Shown: piece after piece, positions 55,001-64,000 of the stretch | Layout: every line of letters begins with the position of its first letter | Numbering within the stretch: position 1 is the first letter of the stretch | Origin: Eledone cirrhosa | Taxonomy: Eukaryota | Direction of reading: 5' to 3' | NCBI GenBank assembly: GCA_964016885.1 | Contig: CAXHJY010000301.1 | Span: forward strand, 62,001 to 126,000 | Length of the DNA stretch: 64,000 bases | Made by a program: the position numbers and the translations under genes | The notes under the pieces: generated by a model | Told to the model about the DNA's origin: nothing | Seen by the model: the letters and a program-made list of their open reading frames with translations, nothing else | Database searches by the model: none

Positions 55001-55575
55001 CGTCACAATGTTGTCCAACGTGACCATTTAGGTCGCCTGCAATAATTATATAGTCACTGTCGGATATTTGGGAGGTAGTTAGCATCAGTGTCTCATAGAA
55101 TCTGTCTTTTATAGTGCCGGGCAGTCCGGATTGGGGTGCGTACGCAGATATTACTGTCACCGTAGTTCTATTGAGGACAAGTCATATTTTAATTATTCTG
55201 ACGTTCACTCTATTTACGTCTATTATCTTATCTGCCCACTTTTCTGCTACAATGATTCCTACTCCACCCAGCCCATCGTCGTTTCTCACCCAGAAAAGCT
55301 TATAACATCGTTTTTTACCCTCGATGAATCTAGCAGACCCACCCCTCCACCTGGTCTCTTGAATACAACATACATCGACCTCCTTACGTTCAAGCATTTC
55401 TACAACCTCGTTAGCGCGACCCTTTAGGGTGCCTACATTTATGGTACCAACTCTGAAGTTTTGGATTGCGTTTGGAGGGTGGGGGCGGTGGGGGGCGGGG
55501 GGAGATGGGGTTTTGTTAGCCATCCGCGGACGAAACAAAGAGGAGTGCTCGCATTCTCATCCACGAGGTGAATTT
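52058..55575 (-). mobile_element. RTE-clade LINE, apparently full length, with a single in-frame stop
   Basis: ORFs 55538-55182 and 55160-52314 are in the same frame, separated by TGA at 55184-55182 (AGA in sister copies). Complete APE (GTINV, CIQET) and RT. Confidence 0.95.
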
Positions 55576-55609
55576 GACTTTATGTGTGTGTGTGTACATA
55601 TGTATTCTT

Positions 55610-55870
55610 TTGATCCCAGAAGTATCATCGTGCATAGAGCTGACCAGGTCCACCAGTGCCCTCCATTGCTGGCAGTCCTGAGCCAACCCCTCTGCATTTT
55701 CCAAGGTGACATGGAGCCTCAGGAGATCTTCCTTAATCATATCTAACCATCTGGTGCAGATCCTGGCGCAGGTCCTCTTCCAGCCTGTAGCTGCTGTGTC
55801 AAATGAGAGGATTCTGCTATTTAAGCTGTTGATCCTCTTTGCCCTGGTCTTTGTGAGGGCCACATTTCTG
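55610..55870 (-). mobile_element. 3' fragment of another RTE-like LINE
   Basis: GWKR...TRWLDMIKEDL...LAQDCQQWRALV resembles the RTE C-terminus. Confidence 0.65.
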
Positions 55871-56607
55871 ATCTATAGAGGAGCAATGTATTGTAGATAT
55901 GGAGCTTTATATATTTATGTATGTATATACATATTTGTATGTATGTACATATTTACATATGTATACATACACATGGACCCTGACTGCAGAAGACCTAACT
56001 TGTCTAAAAAGAAATGAAGTCAGTATACTCCAATGTATGTGTAATGGCAGTGTACATGAATGATGTAACATAAGTGAACTGAGATAAAAACACGATATAA
56101 GAGTAATTGGTGGAAACCAAATCTACCAGCCTAGAAACTGACATGAGTCATCCAATTATTTCCCCCACCCCCCTCATTCAACTATCACCCCTTACCAGCT
56201 ATCCTCACTAGTACTCCACCCCTACACCCTCCCTCACTTCTATAGTAGCTATTGTCAGCATCACTGTACATCATCAGCCCTATTCTATCTAGGGTTATTT
56301 CCACCCCTCCTAATGACTAGACTCTGTCTCTGGAAGTCACAACTCACCCATCCTCTCACTTAACTCTAGACCCCTGTCCCCCTAAACTCCTGACACAGCT
56401 GGTGATAGGAAGGGCATCCAGCCATGGAAAACTTTCCAAACAAAGGGTCAGGTAGACACTTCAACTGTGTTGTAGACATGAGAATTTCTCTTGTGTTGGT
56501 ACCATGATAAAATACACTCACTAGAACGCAGGATCGTATGTCAAGCACCCAGTCCACATGGAGGTCAGAGACTTTGCGCTTGTGTAATGACCATTTATAT
56601 ATGTGTA

Positions 56608-57410
56608 TGACCGAATTAGCAGCGGTGATGGGTGTTCTGAAAGTACAGCAGCCAGAATGTGATGGAGGAAGTTCAGGGAGCTACTACCACTGCTGGCTAC
56701 AAAAGGCTTCTCCCTCAGAATGAAAGGCAAACTGTATGATGTGTGCATACGAACAGCTATGTTGCATGGTAAGAAATGAAGCTTGCATGCTCTGATGGAT
56801 GTGTAATAGTAATATACGAGAACGGCAAAACATAAATGAACTGAGATAGAAACTAGGCATAAGAGGAATCAAATGCTGTGTGCAGGAGAGGCGGTTGCAT
56901 TGCTATGGACATGTGATGCATATGAAGGATGACAGCTGCATGAAAAAGTACAGAGCGCTGAAAGTTGATGGAAGCCTTGGAGTAGGAAGACCCAGGAAGA
57001 CTTGGGATGAGGTGATAAAAGCTGACCTTGCCCGATTGCATCTCTCAAAGGCGATGACACAGGACTGAGATCTCTGGTGTTACGCAGTAATACAGAAGAC
57101 CCGACTTCCAAAAGGTACAAGCCGAAGTTGAAGCATATAGACAGTATGCCCCCACCCCTCCCCCACTGTAAAGTGGTCGTGTAGGCATCACGACAAAAAG
57201 CTCCTAGTCCACACTGTTAAGTGGTTGTGTAGGCGTCACGACAAAAAACACCCAGTAGTCACTGTTAATAAGATTAATGTTAGGAAGGGCATCCAGCTAT
57301 AGAAACCTAGCAAGAATCAGTCCTGCATGCGCAAGACATGGTCACCTGACCTAGCATTGCCCACAACAGGTCAACCCGTCTAACCTATGCTAGCATAAAA
57401 ATGTACGTAA
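56608..57410 (+). mobile_element. RTE LINE 3' fragment, decayed
   Basis: Homologous to 6010-6878. Confidence 0.85.
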
Positions 57411-57943
57411 ATATCCAGCCCACACTGTAAAATGTACGTGTAGGTATAACAACAAAAAGCACCCAACCCACACTGTAAAGTGGTCGTGTAAAAGTCACAG
57501 CAAAAAGCACTCAACACACACTGTAAATGTGATTGGTGCTAGGAAGGGCATCCAGCCTTAGAAAACCACCCAGAAACAGTCCTATATGAGCGATACACTG
57601 TCACCCAATCTAACTTGCCTCTAAATGGGACAAACCTGTCTAACCCATGCTAGCATAGAAGATGGACGTTAAACGATGAGGATGTTGATGATATATATAT
57701 CATCATCATCATCATTTTACATCCACTCTTCCTTGCTTGGAAGAGTGGGACAGGACCTCTTCAGCACAGCATCACGGTCCTTTGTCATGTTCTCTGTGAG
57801 CTTCAGCGATCTGAGGTCAGCTCTCACCACCTCCGCCCATGTTATTCATAGTCTTCCTCTACTACGTCTTCCTTCCACTGTGATTTCTTGGCAGATTTCT
57901 GGAATTTTCAAATTCGTTTATATATATATATATATATATAAAA

Positions 57944-58135
57944 TAATAATAATACAAGGACGATTTGTTAAGCCTTCATTATGTTTGTTGATTGGTGATG
58001 TGCGTTTCACTATTGATCAGCTCAAGGTTCGATCTGTATCGATACAGATCGAACCTTGAGCTGATCAATAGTTAAACACGCATCTCCAATCAATAAATGT
58101 AATGAGGGCTTAACAAATCGTCCTTGTATTATTAT
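57944..58135. repeat. Spacer-less ~190-bp palindrome
   Basis: Centre GGTTCGATCTGTATC|GATACAGATCGAACC. Arms extend to ATAATACAAGGACGATTTGTTAAGCC / GGCTTAACAAATCGTCCTTGTATTAT. Confidence 0.92.
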
Positions 58136-58399
58136 ATTACACTCTTTCTAGCTCTACACCTCGCCACTGATGTGAACCTAAACATCGAATGTTCACCTGG
58201 GTGAACCCACAGTAACTTCACGTTACACTCCCTGGATATATATATACATACACGCACACATATATGTAAACAAATTTGAGAGGTTCACGTAACCCTTCAA
58301 TCTGGATATCTTTTTGGATCTTGAATTATTTTCTTTGTTTCTTGGTTTACTTAAATACTCCACAACTCACTAAACTTCTACTCCAATATCCTCATCTTA

Positions 58400-58570
58400 C
58401 TTCCACCTTCTCCATCGCACCAGTCTCTTCTTTAATTTCTCATTCTTTCTTCTGATGAAGGACTAGCATTCAAAACATTAAGACCCTCTTCCTGCTATTT
58501 CAAGTGTTAAACTAATATATTCTTTCCATATACTGTACTGTTTGTTTTGTTATTTTTGTTTACCTTTTAC
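58400..58570 (+). mobile_element. Solo pseudo-LTR (second Penelope-like family) with decayed minimal HHR at 58448-58483
   Basis: TCTT-CTGATGA-AGGACTAGCATTC-AAAA-CA-TT-AAGA. Matches 45905-46100. Confidence 0.75.
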
Positions 58571-58651
58571 ACACACACACATACACACACTTGATGACTG
58601 CCCCCTCGTTATCGAGTATGGCCATTGCACGAAAATAAATAAATAAATAAA

Positions 58652-58706
<55 letters not shown>

Positions 58707-58719
58707 TCATCATCATCAT

Positions 58720-59091
58720 TTTATGTCTGCTTTTCCCTGCTTGCAAGGGTGGGACAGGAACTGATTCTGGCTTGATTTCTACAGCTGGATGCCCTTCCTA
58801 ACACCAACCTCATTTACAGTGAGTGCTGGGTGCTTTTTTTCCGTGGCGCCTACACGTCCACTTTATAGTTTGGGCTGGGTGTTTTTTTGCCGTTGTACCT
58901 CCACAACCACTTTGCAGTGGAATGATAGGGACCCCAGTCCCTATCTTCTCATTTCTACAGCTGAGTAAACTGGAGCAATGTGAAATAAAGAGTCTTGCTC
59001 AAGGAAACAACACATCACCCGGTCTGAGAAGTGAACTCACAACCTTTTAATTGCAAGGACAATGTTCTTACCACTAAGCCATGTGCCTCCA
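58720..59091 (-). mobile_element. tRNA-derived SINE with RTE tail
   Basis: Matches 30463-30786. Confidence 0.85.
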
Positions 59092-59355
59092 TTGTATGTA
59101 TATACATACATACATACTTTTCTTTTACAACCTTGCCACCAGGAAGGTGGCCGGTTAAAAAAATATACTCGAAATTAAGAGAAAGAGATAACATACATAC
59201 ATACATACATACACATGCACACATATATAAACACACATATATTAACAATTAACAGTACTGTAATTGAATGTGGTTTTTTAGCCCAGCCAATGATCACACA
59301 CACACATACATACATAATAATAATAATAATAAAACCAAGGATTAGGGAGAATTAA

Positions 59356-59571
59356 ATATTTTATTTGTTTTACATACGTTTCACCAACTTTAAATATTAA
59401 CAATAGACAGGGATAAATTTATCTAGTATGATACAAATATATGGGAAATTTAATCCATTGACGAGTAATGTTTCACAAGCATGAAAAGGAATGTAAATAT
59501 CAAAAAAGGCAAAATGTCCCGATACATATTAAACAAATATTACTGTTGGATCATCAGAAATAATAAAATAT
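59356..59571 (-). ncRNA. Type I hammerhead ribozyme with ~170-nt stem II domain
   Basis: Minus strand: ATATTTTATT-A-TTT-CTGATGA-t-CCAAC...GTTGG-t-GAAA-CGTATG-TA-AAA-CA-AATAAAATAT. Confidence 0.7.
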
Positions 59572-59681
59572 ATAAAACTACATAGTAAGGGAAATGGATG
59601 CTAAGCATGCACACACACACACACATGCATTCACACAGATGCGCACACACACATACACATACATCATCATCATCATCATTT

Positions 59682-60009
59682 CATTTTACGTCCGCTTTTT
59701 TCCCTGCTTGCAAGAGTGGGGCAGGAACTTATTCTGGCTTGATTTCTAAAGATGGATGCCCTTCCTAACACCAACCTCATTTACAGTGAGTGCTGTGTGC
59801 TTTTTTGCCGTGGCACCTCCACGACCACTTTACAGTGGAATGATATGGACCCCAGTCCCTATCATCTCATTTCTACAGCTGAGTAAACTGGAGCAATGTG
59901 AAATAAAGTGTCTTGCTCAAGGAAACAACACATCACCCGGTCTGAGAATTGAACTCACAACCTTTCGATTGCAAGGCCAATGCTCTAACCACTAAGCCAT
60001 GTGCCTCCA
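59682..60009 (-). mobile_element. tRNA-derived SINE with RTE tail
   Basis: Matches 30463-30786. Confidence 0.85.
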
Positions 60010-60159
60010 CATACATGTTTTAGTATTAGTGTCATATTAATAAATTAGAAGCAACCATTACAGCTTGGAATGTTAAATCATAGGGCCACTAAGGTTTGTA
60101 TTGATGTAGATAATATTTTTAGGTTATTAGGAGAGCGAGGTTAAAGCTATGACATATAT

Positions 60160-60375
60160 ATGTAAAAAGGAAACAGAAATAACAACACAATCGGTACAGA
60201 ATATGGAAGGTATATATTAGGTTAACGCTTGAAATAGCAAGAAGGGGGTCTTAACGTTTTGGACGCTAGCCCTTCATCAGAAGAAAGAATGAGGAATAAG
60301 ATAGATTGAGGGGACGGGTGGGTTGGAATTGGAAAAAATGTCTTTAGATAAAAATAACAGGTCCATTCATGTTGA
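60160..60375 (-). mobile_element. Solo pseudo-LTR (second Penelope-like family), HHR at 60249-60284 with G12>A
   Basis: Minus strand TCTT-CTGATGA-AGGGCTAGCGTCC-AAAA-CG-TT-AAGA. Confidence 0.78.
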
Positions 60376-60740
60376 TATATATATACATACAGAGAGAGAG
60401 GGAATTAAAACAACAGAAAAAGATAGAAACATATACTCGATAAGAAAGATTTACTTTTGATAATAAGTAAATACTGTAAGGATGAAAGACAAAGTTAACC
60501 TCAACGGGATTTGAACTCAGATTATAAAGAGCCATAACTCTGTGCTACAAAGCATTGCGTCTGACGCTCTACTGATACTGCCAATCAACTGAATACCAAT
60601 TCTCTAGAGGTCAGCGAGTAAGATAGTATCGGTTATACGTGATTTGTTTGAAGTTTTGTTTGTAGTTCTATCGTGATTGTCGTAATTATCATTAGAATGC
60701 TACAGTTGGTGTCGTAGAAACTGACAGTTGTTATGGTTAT

Positions 60741-60969
60741 TTAACCCTTTAACAATTACATTACTCTATATATACTATTGTATTTTCACGGTTAAGGCTT
60801 TACCTTGCATAATTATCTCACATAATATCGAATCTATGTGATTTTGATGTTATTTATTTTGAGAACAATACCTTAACATCAGTATGAGCATCCAGTTATG
60901 GCCTGTTTGAATAGAAAGAAGTTAGAAAATTCTGGCCGGATACATCCGGTTTAAATGCTAAAGGGTTAA
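60741..60969. mobile_element. piggyBac-like MITE
   Basis: TTAA|CCCTTTA...TAAAGGG|TTAA. A partial second copy starts at 50078. Confidence 0.75.
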
Positions 60970-61047
60970 AATCCATTTGAACTTGTGTATGAGGCTTTTT
61001 TTTCTTTTCCTTTTTTGACTGTAAATCGGTTTGATAGCATACGTTAA

Positions 61048-61195
61048 TAATTGTTTCTACTTTAGGCACAAGGCCAGCAATTACCCAGTGCATTACTGAT
61101 ACTTTATTTTATCGACCCCGTAAGGATGAAAGGCAAAGTTAACCTCGGCGGGATTTGAACTCAGACTGTAAAGGGACATAACTATGCTAGAAAGC
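61048..61195 (-). mobile_element. SINE (second family)
   Basis: Reverse complement of 48485-48660. Another partial copy lies at ~60475-60585. Confidence 0.8.
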
Positions 61196-61928
61196 ATGGC
61201 AATGTCGTGTAGTTTGTAATGTCGAGGAAGCTTAGCTTGTAAAGTAGATGTAGCGACTCTGTATTGGTTGACTTCTTTATGTCATCTGATTAGTTTTTTG
61301 TTTCTTTTTTAATGAAGAGGTGTATGAAGTTACGTGAAGAAATGAAACTACTTAGATTAAAGCATTTAGGTAGGTGTATGTTCCTTTTAGTGTTAGAAAT
61401 GATGTATTTTAGGCATCAGTTAAAGAAGTTGATCTGGTAACAGATTTTTGATTGTTTTTTTCTTATATGGTTCAAGGAACACGTGACAACGAGAGCATCT
61501 TTGTTAAAATACATCTTGACAGATGTCGCAACCAAGACATGGAAGTCACCAGAGAGGTGACTAAAGAATATAGGAAATTTAATAAAACGAGAGTATAGTT
61601 GACATGTCAATGAATAAACGAAAGAATGAAGCAAAGTTAGTAGTTACCGTTTTGATTGCCAGGCAAACGCAGGCTGGCAGAAGACGCCTGGCGAAGGAAG
61701 GGCTAATGAGAGAGTGAGAACTTAAAGTTGTTAGTTTTATAGGGTTCTGACCGGAAGTTACAGAAAGGGTTCTACTTCCCGTCTAGATGTTGTTAATCTA
61801 TTGGGGTTGTGAGTCACAAAGAATATAGGAAATTTAATAAAACCAGAGATAAAAGATATCAGCTTTTTACTACATATCTCACAATGCTTCATATTAACTA
61901 CACTACTCTATTCTCATATATGTATATA

Positions 61929-63019
61929 CAGATAGAAAAATGCGTACAGCAAAAAAAAGTAATATTGTTGGAATATAAACCTTTAAAAATACAGGACAAG
62001 AAACTAAAATAAAACTTTAAAAGAATATGACAAGAAACTAAGATAAAACTTTAAAAGAATAGGACAAGAAATTAAAATAAAACTTTAAAGAATTGGACAA
62101 GAAATAACAAATTTTACAATAATATTAGTGGCAAAATTTGTATTGGTAAAAAATCGAGTTCCACATTCATAGGCTCTGGGTTCCACATTCAGAGGTCGTC
62201 GTCAGACCGGGGGGATCATTTGATCCTGGTTTGAACACCAATTGGGCCATAACCATACCCCTATTTCATCATTCGGTGACACGCCTCATGTCTCATGCGT
62301 AATGTGAATGGACCCATGGGCCCATGAGCACAGATCTTGAGCAGCAGTGGATGGTCTTGTCGTCCCGCTCATCCTTGATCTTGACCAACCCGTCCATCTT
62401 CTCCTTGCATCTTGTCCTTGAGTTCAAGTCCGGCAGTCCAGATGAATGCGTGCCACAGCTTTCTGGTACAGGAAGGGGGAGCAGGAGGACTGGAGGGATG
62501 ACGGGACAGAGGGAGGGAGGACCGGTGGTTGAGGGAGGTGCCGTAGTCGGTGGTCAGAGTCGACATCTTGTCCCGGTCGTCTTCTCCATCTTCGTCTGGT
62601 GTTGCGTGACCAGAAGTGCATTCTTGGAGGAGACCTGCAGCTGCATCGGCCAATTCTTCTTGCAATGGTCATTCTGACGGAGCAGAACTGCTCAGCCAAC
62701 CAACCCCAACCAGAACCAACCGCTCAGGGGCAATGCACAATGAGAGCATGACAATTATTATGCACTAATCAAGAAGATTCTGGGGCATAGCACAGGAAAC
62801 GAATAAAAAAATTTTGCCACTAATATTATTGTAAAATTTTTTATTTCTTGTCCAATTCTTTAAAGTTTTATCTTAGTTTCTTGTCCTATTCTTTTAAAGT
62901 TTTATCTTAGTTTCTTGTCCTATTCTTTTAAAGTTTTATTTTAGTTTCTTGTCCTGTATTTTTAAAGGTTTATATTCCAACAATATTACTTTTTTTTGCT
63001 GTACGCATTTTTCTATCTG
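61929..63019. mobile_element. Long-TIR (foldback-like) element with ~34-bp subrepeats and a GC-rich interior
   Basis: 61929-62139 is the reverse complement of 62809-63019. Each arm has about three copies of GGACAAGAAACTAAGATAAAACTTTAAAAGAATA. Confidence 0.85.
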
Positions 63020-63855
63020 GTCTACTATTTTTTAAGGCAATGCAAGCAACAACTATCTTATAATTAAATGATCATAGTGAATTACTGACAAGTGATTGAG
63101 ATTTTATAATTGCAATCTAGTTGAGGCAACTGGCTTAATGACAAAGCTACGTCATTTCTGGATTACCTCCCCTAGCGTCACGCTTACTACTCACTCACTT
63201 GAACACATGATTTATCAGCAAACTTTGATTATAAACTTTTTCCCACTGGACCAAATTTCTAGATTTTTAAGCCAAAAGATGCGTAATGATCTACTGTTCA
63301 TGCTCATATAAGTTTTATCTCAGTTAAATAAAGTGGAGCCGCGCTGTACTGTCGTAAACAGACGATTGCCAACGAAAACACGACCACAACAATATTACTA
63401 AACGGACTACCGTCCGTTTAGGATATACATTTATGTATTCATTATATATATATAAGGAGAGCAGTCACTCTAAATAAAAACTGATACAAAGTATAGAGGA
63501 CCCTTCTGTCTAGTCAGACATCTTTAGTGCTAGTGGCATAAACAATGTACCTAGTCCACGCTGTAATGTGATTGGTGATAGGAAGGACATCCAGCCAGTT
63601 AAAACCTTGCTAAAACTACAAAGTACTACTCACATATGCATACACACATATACATAAGAAAGAAGAAGATGAGACTGTATACATGTTACATTTGTAAAAA
63701 TGTATATTAAGGAAGGGAGGCAATTTAGAGATATAATAGGTTTATTCTTTAGATTAAACAATTTTTTTTTGTCATAAATATATATCAGTGAAGACTCATC
63801 CATTGTTAGCTGTAAAAATGAATGTTAAATGATGATGAGGATATATGTGTGTGTA

Positions 63856-63895
<40 letters not shown>

Positions 63896-64000
63896 TACAC
63901 ATATATATATATATATAAAAATTGATGAGCAGAACAAACAAACATTAAACAATCCTTTAAATAAATTAAAAAATGATTTAAATATCTACCTGTTCATAAT

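Noticed and set aside
55182-55184. In-frame TGA as selenocysteine or programmed readthrough
   Set aside because: Sister copies have AGA (Arg) here, so it is a private nonsense mutation.
59925-60009. tRNA gene
   Set aside because: A/B boxes are present but continue into a SINE body and LINE-derived tail, and there are several diverged copies.
61990-62105. ~34-bp repeats as a CRISPR array
   Set aside because: They are head-to-tail with no unique spacers, mirrored in the other arm of a TIR, in eukaryotic DNA with no cas genes.
62180-62200. Minus-strand CTGACGA as a hammerhead core
   Set aside because: No GAAA...UH with matching stems could be found downstream.

Overview
This is eukaryotic (animal) genomic DNA. 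Its repeat content (tRNA-derived SINEs, RTE LINEs with (GAT)n tails, very large TA/TATG microsatellites) looks cephalopod/Octopus-like, which is an inference. The only host coding sequence I can support is one 189-nt exon (37049-37237, +) of a GALNT10-like polypeptide N-acetylgalactosaminyltransferase, so the window is probably almost all giant intron. The rest is (TA)n microsatellite packed with mobile DNA: about 10 RTE-clade LINE copies whose ORF carries a PHD-type finger next to the RT core, one nearly complete Penelope-like element (RT + GIY-YIG), a second decayed Penelope-like element, CR1-like remnants, a Tc1/mariner remnant, a non-autonomous Helitron, SINEs and MITEs. The most striking signal is non-coding. 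By manual folding I find about 20 type I hammerhead ribozyme (HHR) motifs, intact or decayed, from at least 10 unrelated sequence families. Most are not attached to any ORF. They sit in 0.2-0.9 kb tandem-repeat or foldback units wedged between TA microsatellites, resembling retrozymes or solo Penelope pseudo-LTRs. Several share a non-Watson-Crick pair at the base of stem II. All structures were folded by eye and element boundaries are approximate.
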